DNA of 64,000 nucleotides. Origin: Raillietiella orientalis. Its lineage: Eukaryota. A model generated the notes under the pieces. The model made no database searches, was not told the origin of the DNA, and was given only the letters and a program-made list of their open reading frames with translations. Below, in pieces: positions 12,440 to 24,114 of this stretch (positions are counted from its first letter, which is position 1; every line of letters starts with the position of its first letter). The stretch covers positions 558,001 to 622,000 of the forward strand of contig JAYWIR010000056.1 of assembly GCA_036172245.1 (NCBI GenBank). The letters run 5' to 3'. The position numbers and the translations under genes are program-made.

Positions 12440-13260
12440 TATTTTCGTATCCATTTTGAGGTACTCCAAGAACATGCAATACCGCGGTACGCAGACTCGT
12501 TGCGAGGGCTCCGTTTGGACGCCATCCACCTGCTACGAACTTCACCCTTCATCCTGGGAAGTTGTCTGTTCTCTGGAGGCAGTGGCCAATCGGGGAATGA
12601 ATGGCTGCTGAGCAGCTCTTAAAAGTCTTGAAGGTTTGATGGTTCCACTTGAGCTCAGGCGCTAATAGAATTTCGTGCAGGCGTCGCACCAGAATGCATA
12701 GGGCGCTGTTTCCACCTTCGTATCGGTGTTGATGGTGGACACTTTCGTTTCCTGAGTAACCTCACGAACGTTGTTGTTTCTTGACGTGACACCAGCTGGC
12801 CCATCCGTTCCCGTGCTTCTCAGAAGACTGGAGAGGAATTCATCAATCCACTCGAGAGTAGTTCACCTTTCCAAACCTAGCCTAACTCGATCTCACTTGA
12901 CCTGGAAAGCAAGTGGGAAAGATGAATTAGCCGTTTCACTGATGCATGCGAGCAAAATTCTATGGAGAAAGTCGAATCGGTACACCGTGGTCCACGCACC
13001 AAAATGCAGCTGATGAGCTGATTGGTCGCAGGGAGGAAGTTGTACATGCCACGTTTCTTGGGAAACCGTTGCATGCTGCCCGAGCTGATGCTGTGCAGAA
13101 GACATTCACCCGAAAGTCACGCACTCGCGAATTCGGATTCACGGAACTGGCGTTACCTTCGTCACAGAATGCGCGCCCTGATCCCCACGGTCGTGAAGGG
13201 AATGACGCGCACACGTGTACCATGTACATTTGGATTCTTCAGGAAAAGGAAAACGTAGAT
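12440..13260 (+). mobile_element. Highly decayed non-LTR reverse-transcriptase remnant
   Basis: Ordered, frameshifted remnants: RYADSL (YADD-like), SGGSGQSGN (SG..N motif-like), KILWRKSNR and VAGRKLYMPRFLG (FLW...L..P...GG thumb-like). Confidence 0.4.
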
Positions 13261-14159
13261 ACCAGCTCCGTAGCGAGCATGTAGCGGACCAACTGACGAC
13301 GAATCCGCCGACCTTCGGAAACCCAAAATGAAACCGACGGGAGGAAGACTTTCGGATAAGTAGGGAAAGAAAACAAACACAAGAACTGCAGTATTCTGAT
13401 TGGAAAAAAGAATACTCTTTCTGTTACTCCGCATACTTTTCCTTGCCCAATGCACGGCTTGAGTGTCTCCTCACTGCACTGCGGTGCTAGTCTGATGTCA
13501 CGGCAACAGCAGCGCATCTGCTTCGCAATGATGCTGTGGCGTAGCAACTGAGATTTGTTCTCACGAAAGGAAGCTGTGCTGACGTGTAGTCGGTTAACCC
13601 GCGGACTTCGTCGAGAGGATCGCAACCCGAAGTATCGTACCGCTTCGCAATCCATTGCGAAACACACTTGCTTGCATTGCTTGTGAATGGGGAACCTCCT
13701 ACGGGATACCGAAACCAATCCGGAAGTGATTCGTATCTCTGTGAATCCGGGACTCGGGATTCGCTTCGGGAGCCAATCCCAAAGCGATTCTGATCCTTTG
13801 TGATTCCCAAAAACACACTATCGTACCCCGAATTTCCGAAGTGTTTCGGTATCATCAACTTCAATAGAAAGTTGGGCAGCAAAGCGTATCCACAAGGAAA
13901 GCCAAGCAGCAGTAGGATGGATGCAACATTTTCGAGAACGTGACAAACTGTGTGGTGCAGATGTGTTTACAGATAGTAATCAATGGTTTGTGCATGTCTT
14001 CCTGGTTGAGCCACTTCTATCCTTGAATTCTGCTGAGCTGCAATTGGCCTCAAGAGAATGCCGCTGTGTTTTATGGAGGCGACCAGCGAACCTCCCGAAA
14101 GTCAGAATAGGCCAAACATATCGCACTTTTTGACTGCAAACCAAGGCGGGCATGAGTTC

Positions 14160-15020
14160 CTAGGAAGGAGCTGCAGAAACCAGTGCTTTTAAGGAAGGAC
14201 ATAAAGATGCTGAAGAAAGCAAGGCCCTAAACAAAAAGGTCAAATCACGGAGAAGCATGGCTTGTTTCTCATTTTGCATGCAGAAGAAAATGATGGAAGA
14301 TGTGACCCCGGTCTTCCAAGAGGGCGGGGCGCCCTCATCATGGTCACTGCCTTCTGAGCTGGAATGGCTGCTGGCAGGCGATTGGAAGCTGCTCACGGCC
14401 GCCGTTCCTCCGCAGCCTTCTTCATCTCCAGCGCCGTTGGGTCCGGCGCTCACGCCCTCCGGCAAGGACGGCGAGTCCTCGGCGAGCATGGCTGCGGCCG
14501 GCAGCTGCTTGACACGTTCAGGAAGACCTGGGTCGCACACCAGGCTCCAGATGGGCTGCGGGACGCCACCGGTGACTGCCGTTCAGTCCCACATAGGGTC
14601 CAGCCACACTTGCCCACAATGCGGGAAAATTGGGTCCAGGAAAACCAATTGCTCTGCTCGCGGACTCCAAGGATTCGGGAGCGCCGTCTCGCGTCCAGGC
14701 GCCCGCGCATGCATTCCGTGCGGGTTCACCTCCCTCGTGGGCGAACGCTTGGTCTCGTCCGAGGTGGACGAAAACGAGCCGGCCGAGGTGAAGGTGCTCC
14801 AATCCGCCTGAGACACGCTACTGCACCAAGCCTGCTCCACGTTGCAGTCCTCTTCGTCGATCCAAGGCAGCTCGTCCACATCCAGTCCTCTTCGTCGATC
14901 CAAGGCAGCTCTTCCACATCCAGTCCTCTCGCGTACGACCCCTCGAATCAACGCGCGAGAAGCGCTCAGCCCACACGACGAGCTTGCCATCCTGCAATCT
15001 TGGCTCGTTCCAACGGACAT
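14160..15020 (-). other. Unrecognised ORF family, copy 3: 287-codon frame interrupted only by TGA at 14585-14583
   Basis: ORFs 14583..15020 and 14160..14540 are in the same frame with no other stop between them. Motif: FLDPIFPHCGQVWLDPMWD*TAVTGGVPQPIWSLVCDPGLPERV. Confidence 0.6.
14845..14929. repeat. 38-bp tandem duplication (~2.2 units)
   Basis: CAGTCCTCTTCGTCGATCCAAGGCAGCTC(G/T)TCCACATC starts at 14845 and 14883, with a partial third unit at 14921. Confidence 0.95.
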
Positions 15021-16189
15021 GTACGACTTTGAAGCAAGGAAGGAACGTGACTGGGCTCACAATGTCAAAGCAAAATTTTGTTTCAACCCGAAACCATGGA
15101 AAACCAGATTTGAGACTGGAGACCGCAACTGGATTTGAGAAACTTGCGTGATCAAAGGTTGCTGAGCGAGCGACTTCAAAGTCCCGTGTTGTCGATGAGA
15201 CGGTGAAGTTGGTGCATGTCCGGTACTGGGTACTATGGTGCGAGGAGGAGGCACTAGATGGAAACGTTGCATCCTTTGAGGCGGTGGCGAATTTCTCAAT
15301 GGATTCGGGTGGGAAAGGAGGGACATTGGGAAGGAGTGGTGGAAGATCGCGCCGGGAAAAGCGAGTGAAAGTTGCAAGTGGTATCGTCGGTTGCCTGGCC
15401 GCGAGGACCGTGGCGTTAGGGGTGAGGCATTGAGATGATGTGCCGTTCTCATGAGTTCCAGAGAGCTTGCGAATCAAAAAGCGTGCAAATCTTGAAAATG
15501 GAATTCTCCTCCATTCACCAGCGAACCATCCACTTTGCTCTTCGGGAGAGAGGGAAAGGAAGGGAGAGCAGTGATGAGCAGCAACTCCTGGTCGACTGAC
15601 GAGCGGCAGAGAGCTGAACGCCGCCATGTCCAGCACGAGCGAGGAAGGAAGCGACCCCGACGGCGGCAAGACACGTGGACTACGTCGAAGTAGCAACTCG
15701 CCTTCCAATCTCTGTGCTGGAAGAGTCGGCCTATCCCCCACACTTTCATCTCCCCTACCTTGTTTCGCCAATCCAGACGACGCAAGGCACGTCGGCCACC
15801 GAAAACGGAGGAGGCGCATGCGCTAGGTAGCACACGACAGTACGATGACAAGCCTCGCGTTGCCGTGCTCCCCGCCCAACCAACCAAACCTGCAGCCACA
15901 GCCTGCGTTCCAAACCAAGGAAACCGGGCAGGTCGGGACTTTCGCAAAAGGAGCATCCATTTCGCTGGGCAATCCGAGTGATTCGTGCTGCGCATGGCAA
16001 GCGATCTCCACATCACATATGAAAGTGTTTTTCTCGAAATGCACTTGCAGGCGTATGCAGCTCGCATGAAAAACAAGCGTTGGCAGGTACCTAAGGCATG
16101 TCTCCGGAAGCAGCATGCCCAGTGCCTGTCCGATGATAAGGGACCCTGGCAAGCGACAATACCTATATCGACCTCGACCAAACGCAATC

Positions 16190-17560
16190 ACACGATGTTC
16201 GTCTTTACATAGGCTGTCCGGCGTCTTCGTAGCTATGGACCTTACGGGTAATGCGAGATTGCCCTCTTCATTCAATCTCTTTGCGTTGCCCCCTGTCATT
16301 CGATCATTTTTTTCCACGCTCCTAATCTTGTGCTTCGAATTCGTACCGATTTGGCCGCAGTCATTTCCCTCATCGTCACAGGCCATAGGACGAGGCTGTA
16401 AACATCCTCCCGGAAGTACAAGACCGTCCTCGTAAGCAAGGCTGGTGGCTGACGCGAGCGGCTTCTCTTGGTCGTGTACGCCTGCACTGTTGCGCAATGG
16501 CGCCGTGGGCTCCGTGGATCTCCTCTTGGACGTGCGGCAAATCCTGAATCTTGCCACCAAATGGGACGAGTGGTCTTATGCGGCGCACAGAGCCTACTCG
16601 CAGTTGCTCAGCAATTCGAGGGTCCTTATGCCTGCCCTGATAGGCAAACAAGGACAGTAGAGAAACATCGATCCCACTTGGAAGCGCAAGCAGGCACTGG
16701 TGAACACCCACCATCTCAAAATAGTGCCTAGAAGTGAGGAAATTTGAAGAGACGAACTGGTGAAGATCATCTCATTCTTCCTGCACCTCCCTTGGGACAC
16801 CAGGAAGTGAATTTTCCGTTAGACCAAGGATGACCGTAAAGAACTGCGAGCAGTTCACAATCAGTGTTCACAATCACAAAAAGTGCTACTGTTCCGCCTC
16901 ACCAAGATGATAAGAAGATTTACCCATAAGTATCGACAGCTCTAGATAAATCAGGAATTCAACTGCTGTCGCCTGATCAACAAAGCAAATTTCCAGCAGG
17001 CTATCACAAAGAATCTCTACGAGGACGACGCTCTGTCTGCGGCCGCCAGCCGCTACGGATGCCGCCAGGTGAACCTGCTGGCGGTCGGAACCACGGTCTG
17101 GACGAGCAATTTACCACCCGACACTCAGGATGAGCTTCCGATGATTCATTACGGAGGCATCCTGAGTGTCACGAGGGCGAAACACTGGTCAGGGAACGCG
17201 CAAGACGGGATGTGCAAGGCCGGTGGAGCCAGAGAAACCCAACTCCACGTGCTCACCTGCCCTACGCTGCGCCGGGACTGGTCCAAGCTGAAGGAGGTGA
17301 CAGGCCTGCAGAGGATGGACAAGATGGAAATCCTGGCAGGGATGCTTGAAGGGAACAGCAACGTTCCTCGATACAACGCAATGGTCCGCATTACCATCGC
17401 TTTCTTTATCACGAGCATCGTGATGAGAAGGGCAAAAATGCGGCCAGGAATAAACAGTATGCCAGCTGTGGGGCTCCTGAAAGGTTTTGTGACGAGACCG
17501 AGAGGAAGCAACTGGGAAACCAATTACCTCGCAACTCTGCTGTGATCAGGAAACTGCATG
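16190..17560 (+). mobile_element. Decayed non-LTR retrotransposon (L1/Tx1-like) ORF2 C-terminal region, lineage A
   Basis: Peptide NLLAVGTTVW..LPPDTQDEL..IHYGGILS...KHW......MCKAGGARETQLHVLTCPTLRRDW resembles a degenerate zf-RVT-type C-terminal zinc motif. The upstream peptide W.YAAHRAY..L.S.S..LM..LIGK.G is shared with the copy at 48.6 kb. Multiple stops and frameshifts. Boundaries approximate. Confidence 0.7.
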
Positions 17561-18716
17561 GACTGCTGACTTAGGTAGACAGCAAACGCTGTGTCTCGAG
17601 CTATGAGAATGGTGTAGAGACTCTAGCCATGGCCACCGAGCCATCGGTGCCATACACTGCACGTCAACTGGAGAGCGATGGACCAGACCTATGACCCATG
17701 TGCAGAGAAAGCCCAACTACACATGCTCACCTGCCGAAATCACGCCGGAATTGGAAAGTTCTGAAGTGCACGTCAGACATCTATCACCACAGCCTCATTT
17801 AATGTGTTCAGCACCCAGTACCCAAAAGGTTGTAGAGGTTTGCTTCTACATCGCTAGATAGGTAAAGCGGTTTCGTGTGAAATGTCGACATTATTGCATT
17901 ATGAGGGTGCAGTGTTTGTGTGCTACCTAGCATGTTCACAAAAAGAAACACTGGGTTCTATCATCCTATAATTGCGTAATTTGCATCTATGAATGCATGC
18001 TCCTCAAAGACTTCAAGAAATTATTCGGACGATACTCTTTATGCCTGTTTTGCATCACTACTCTCAGATCTTGGAAAAGCCACCGATTTCCTTTGTGGTA
18101 AATTTCCGACGTTCTTTAACAACCCAATACATTAATTCCCGGTAGTATTTGCTTAATAACCCTCCCCCCCACTAGTGGCAACGGGTGATTTTTTTATTTA
18201 CGACTTTGAATTGCTTCACATTTCCAAGTTTCCAAAAACGTAAGAATCACTTTGTCATGTTTTTGTCACTTTACACAAACGCATTTATTCTTCCAAAAAT
18301 TTCCGATTTCTCGATTTTTCGGTGTAGCAATAATAATAATCCATTGTTTAGTTCTCAAATCTATCTATTTATTCTATAATCTGGATGTGTATAAATGTAT
18401 GCATGGATATGTCTGAATGTTTGGAACAGTGGTCCAGAGAACAACTAGAGTCAGTGTATGAGGACTAAGCCTTTGAATCACTTTAATCAATGAATGTGGG
18501 GAAGTTCCTATAAAGAATGAAACTGCCATGCAAGAGCTCGAAGTCATGTGTAAACAAAAAAACACAAAACAGAGTAAATACATGAGACCTGAAAACACCT
18601 TACTTTGAATTTATTCAAAAGAGAACTCTTTTCCATTATATGCTGGTTTATTAGGCTGATAAATTAACTGATCTTACATAAAAACAAATGAAACGTATCA
18701 AACTGTCTCTGCTTAA

Positions 18717-21700
18717 TCAAGATAACATACATGATTTTCTCAAACAAGACAACAGATTCAGGTACTTCTGTTTCTGCTTTTTTGAATGTGAGAATATCCT
18801 TTGACTTGTACATTGATTACTCACATAAGAATGTAAACGATGCTTTAGAACAGATGGCAGAGGAAGATAACTGATGCAATGCATGTTGATATTATTGACT
18901 ATAACCCTGCAGCATAATTCTTGCAATTTATGAACTAAAAAATATTCAAAACAAAAATGGAATTATGATGTTTTATCTTACCTTCCTGTGCATGTATGAA
19001 GTGTTCCATTCTATTTCTTTGCAAAGTCAATCTGGATAATTCGGCAAAACTTTCAATAATATTGAAATTGCATAAAGAACTAACTTCAAAAAATGGCATT
19101 AGCTTTTTCTTGGCATAACTCTGTGCAGTATTCTGGCTTACTTGACGTCGAAAGGCAAGATGCAATCTGTTACCAATTAAAATTTTGGGTATTCCTGGAG
19201 CATTCTGAACTGAGCAAATAAACTAAAACAAATGAAATGCAAATATCACCTCATCCACTTCACGTAACCAACGTTTTAAACCTTGAAAACTCCAACGATT
19301 GGTAATATCATAAACTAAAATTACACCTTGTGCCCCTCGAGAATATGACCGAAGAATTGTACAGAATCTGCCTTGTCCTGAGGCATCCCAAATTTGTAGT
19401 TTTATTAAGCGACCATCCAACAGCATAGTCGTTGTCTTGTAAACTATAACAAAAACTGAGCTTCTTAAAGCATTCTAAATCAGACGCGATTTCAATATTT
19501 AAGGAATAAATTAACAGAATGGACAATAAATTGATGACTACCAAAAAACTCAACCATTTTGTGAATGCTGACTCTTAAATTGTAGGATAAAATTAATTTC
19601 CTCAAGCATCAAAATGAGCACATTGCCTTGTATCGAGATTGCCACGAATTTGCCATCTATTCAACTGAATTGAGAAATTTTGTATAACAAGAAAGCTTTA
19701 TAAATCACTGATGTTCATAAAGTAACATGGAATTGAAATCTCATACAGCATAGTTGTTTATTATTTGAAAACAATGAAACAGTAAACAACAATTTTTCTT
19801 GCATGGCAATGTATATCATATAGATCTTCTCATGTGATCTGGAGAAAGTATTTTGATAACATTCCCCCCCTCCCTCCCCCCCTTCCATATGCTCATAATT
19901 AAATCGACCCACAATTCACAAAAAATATCAGTTAATATATATGATGCAATTTTTTAAAAAATTTCTCACCATTATCACTGCAAAATGGAGATTCTGCACT
20001 ACCATCTTCCATGTGGCTTATAATCTCTTGTTTGCCTACATCACTATCACCAACCAAGAGGAATTTTAGTAAGAAATCATATTCTTTCTTTCGGAGAGAA
20101 ACACTAAATGACCAACAGGGATAAGAATGCACATAATTTTTGCATTAATTTGAATTACAGTATTATTGAATAAAAATTACAACCTGTATGAAACTTATTT
20201 CAATCACAGTGTAAAGCAGAATCAGTGTTTCATATTTATCTGTTTTAGGTAGCACTAAATAATGCCACTTACAATTCTTATCTCTTGAGATTAATTAATA
20301 GATCATGCAGTTATGCAGAACTTTTACATCAACTGAATACTATGCTTCACACATCAGAATCAAAAATGTGTATAAAAAAGTATTCATGAGTCAACGAGCA
20401 CATGTAAGTTTAAAATATTAATGCTGGTAGCAAATTTTTAACAATCTCTCTGGAATGCTTTCACTCTTGATTGAAGCTAATAAGTTTAATAGCAAAAGAC
20501 TTTGAATAATAGCATGTGCTATTTTACAACATTCAGCAATAAGTTATCTTTTACATGGATGCAATATTTTACAATACACAAATGCTAAAATTCAATTCGA
20601 TAAAGCCTAAACCATCAAAACACAAGTACACATTACAGCTGTAAATGCACTATATTCATTTCCTTTCAGCAATCAGAGCCTTTGAAACAAGAAAACACTA
20701 AAAAACATAATACACTTCAGGGGCTGTTTACTTGTGTACTGAAAAAAAAAAAAAAAAGTTTCTAATGATCCGTAGTTGGCCAGGCTCGTCTGCAATAGGC
20801 CAAAAAAGTGAATGTGCACGGAATTATAGCAAGGAAATAAAAATGATCAGAAAAATCGAGTTTGGGTACTATGACTTTCATGAGGAAAACCCATGTACTC
20901 TTGTTTTACTGCATCATGCATTTTTCATAGATAAAAGAAAATCAGAAAAATTCACAAACTCGAAATATTAGAATGACATGTATATATAAAAACTTTATGA
21001 GAAACATAAAACAACTCTTCATACAGCTTTGCTTATAAAATATTTAAAACTTAAAAGTCCTAAACCATAATGAACTACTTCTCTTCATCTTGTCAGTAGT
21101 ACATAACAATTGTGTAAATACAATGGCCATAGCACACTATCATTGAAAATGTAAAGTAAAAGTAATAGGGACATCTCATCAACAATTTATACAAACTACT
21201 TACAAAGTATTTACTGAAATAGGTTTAAGATTAATTTAACCAGGTGTCAATAATTCAGATCTCCACATGAACTTTAAGTGATATAACCTTTAAATGAATT
21301 CCAAGAAGAATGCAAGCAAATGCATGCAAAAACAAAAAATAAATCATAATTGTAAAAAGATTCAAAGATCAGGACCAAAACTTGATTCATCTCATATTGA
21401 CCTCGGTGTAATTAATTTAATATTTTTATGAACTCCACTTTTCACTTTATTCTCCAAAATTTGAATATGAAGAAATTCTGATAACAGGATTGCTAAAAAA
21501 CATTCATCAGTCTAGGGAGGCGAGGCAAGTCCACACTCCTAAAGAGTAACACTTAATCCAATTGTCAATAAAGAAAAGTAACATGGGGTTTAAATTAATA
21601 CTTTACTGAAATTCAATAAATTTCAGAAAAGATGTACTTTTAGCAAATTTCCTAAGATGTTTCTGCCTAAAATAAAAACATGAAATAGCACTCACATCTT

Positions 21701-21748
21701 ATTTGAACAGGACATCTGGATGGGAAGTTTATCTTTGATTAACTGCAT
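18717..21748 (-). CDS. Rab40: Ras-related protein Rab-40 (SOCS-box Rab GTPase), ~273 aa; exons 21748-21696 (putative), 20103-19970, 19443-19250, 19204-18982, 18934-18717
   Basis: Spliced translation gives [76 protein letters not shown], a SOCS box ([11 protein letters not shown]...[11 protein letters not shown]) and a C-terminal CaaX (CMLS). All introns are GT-AG and phase-compatible. Exon 1 is inferred only from a GTGAGT donor at 21695 with matching phase 2 (alternative in-frame ATGs at 21763 and 21715), so it is less certain than the rest. Confidence 0.95.
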
Positions 21749-22989
21749 TTTATGACAAAACATCGGGGCTCACATTGCCCAAAAAAAACTCTCAAATTCT
21801 TAATAAATGATTTCGATTCCTATCATCCTTACAGGCAAATGTGTGACTGTGTTGACTGCCTGCATATCCATGTTACATGGGTGATTTACGGTTGCAATTT
21901 ACACTTTCAATAACACAATTCGTATGGCGTGCATGAAGTTCATTATTAGCTGCACTACTGTAAATTATTACTTTGGGGTGATAATATATTAGCTCTGAAC
22001 TCCTAATAAACAGTAGTAATGGAAATTAGTACCATGAAATCCACAATTACTAGCAATAATCATTTTCCAATCAAGTTGCAAGCACACGTGAAAAGTCTAA
22101 AAAAAAACAAAAAAAAAAAACAAAAAACCAAATGACCACAGAAACCTCGGTTCTCGTGTTCAACAACATCCTTTGCAAACCTGAACCTAACCGTAACAAA
22201 TAAATTTCCCGTCTTCCGTTCTCGTCGCGACACTTTCCCTCTTGCACTTGGAGTGGTTCTGCCGTAAACGAAATTACCGCGGGAAGTCTTGCAAGCAGAA
22301 GTGGGTGAGTGAGTGGGAATGGGCCAACAACACACAAGCCGAGCTTGTCGCTCACGAAACTTACAGGTCCAAGCTGTTATCACGCAGATACGATGAGATC
22401 CTGTTATGAGGAATCATCACTCAGACGTCTTCCTGGTGCTCATTGCTGTCGGGGAAATGGCCGATCCCCGCAACCGGGAGCATCGCCGTCCACACCACAC
22501 CGGGGATCACGTACGAGCAGACTCTTCCCGCGTGCTTCCTCCCCGGACCACGGGACTCCCTCCACACACTTGCTGCTGCAAGAAGAAACACGTCGTGCCC
22601 GCGGACGGCAGCATCCTCACCGTTTGCACGAGGCTGGGGGACAGCTTGCACCTGGACCGACCTCGTGACTTTCGATTCCTCAACACACGTGTGCGTTGTG
22701 CTGCTTTCACAGGTGGCCCATCGAAGCGTTGCCTGGCAGCAGCATCAGGAACTCGACCCGCTTCTCTTGCTTTCCTTCTTTCTTCGTTTGAAACCGCCGT
22801 GCGAAAGCACGAAGGGATTGCAGTTTCACGGTGAAGAAAAACTCGAATTTTTCCATCGCAGCAATTCCAAATACTCTTCTGCGAATCGATAAATTTTCTG
22901 CAGTTCGCGTTTTACCCGGCCAGGTTTGGGACAGTTTATTTAACGAAACCATGACATAGCAGTACGAAACACACGAGGAATTTTCATTT

Positions 22990-24114
22990 CCTCTTTCTGC
23001 CACCTGAAGATCTTCGCCTCCTGCGACATCTGCTACCACGACCTCTGCAAGAGGTGCTGCAGGACGAGGTGAAGGTTTCCAACCCTGGCCGCCACACCCC
23101 TCGCCGCAGCGCTGCCTGTCCTCAGGGCAAGACATGACAGCTGCCTACCGGCGAGTTGGGAGGCTTCCTGCACCATAGCAGGAAGAAGAAAACTCCTCGG
23201 CGACTGGAAGACGAGCGAGTTGGCGGATGCTGCCACTCCTCGCGCTTTGGCGAAGGGACTCCTTCGGTAGGGAGAAGAACTTGGTGTTACCCCCGAAGAA
23301 CTAGTGGTCCCTCCCCATTATATTGACAGTTCGCTGCTCCCTCTTGCTTGGAAACGAGCCGTACTGCTCTTCGTTCGCTGGGGATTTCCAGTGTAACGAG
23401 CGTTGGCATCGTGTTTCCAGTGGGCTTGCGTCCGCGAATTGTGCAAGGTGCGGGACGACGGAGTCGATCCCGCAACTACTTCTGGACTGCGGTGTCCTTC
23501 GAGGACCCTGGCGGAGGCTGGCAACAGCACTCTCGCACCCGGAGGATACCGCAAGAGACTTGCTGCGACGATTCTTCACCCCGAGCGAGCCGACGACAAG
23601 CGCAAGGATTGCAACCATCGGTTGCATACGCGCCATGGTTTCAGTCCGACAGGGACGGGTGACCAACGGACAGCGTAAAAAGGTCGTCGGGAAGGCAGAT
23701 TCCTACATCGGGACGGCCGTCAGATGGCCTCATCTAACAGAATAAGATAGAAAGGAGATCACCGACATCCACCGCCGGTTTACAGACGGTCTGCCGCGGC
23801 TAATCCGGTGATCGTTGCCCCTGCCTCCCTATATTTTTGTTTGTTTTTTATTTTGTACCCGCGTTCCCTTAGGCTCCGTAACTTTCCTGGTGCTTTTTGT
23901 TTTTATCCCGATGAGAACGGAACTTCAGCAAAGACCCGTTCCTCTTCCCTTTCGTTTTTGTTTTTGTTATCCCCTTGTTCCTCCCCCGTTGCGGACTGTT
24001 TGTTTTCCCGGTCTGCGTGTCGGTGACCTCTCTTTTTCTTCTGTTGTTTTGTTGGTTGGGGACTTTGTCCCGACTGGTTTATTAATAAACGCCCCGGTGT
24101 GACCGGGTGATAAA
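22990..24114 (+). mobile_element. Non-LTR retrotransposon 3' end, lineage B (zinc-motif C-terminus, T-rich 3' UTR, AATAAA, terminal hairpin)
   Basis: CARCGTTESIPQLLLDCGVLRGPW (zf-RVT-like), then AVRWPHL, a T-rich UTR and AATAAACGCCCCGGTGTGACCGGGTG at 24084-24109. The 5' boundary is uncertain and may reach ~22.3 kb. Confidence 0.7.

Noticed and set aside
13824..13858. SECIS candidate downstream of TGA-family copy 3 (minus: AUGAU...AAA...CGAU)
   Set aside because: AAA lies 15 nt from the core and no continuous 11-12 bp helix II forms.
14818..15819. 333-aa minus-strand ORF (longest in the track)
   Set aside because: Low-information Ser/Pro/Arg-rich translation in GC-rich repeat-derived DNA with no recognisable domain.
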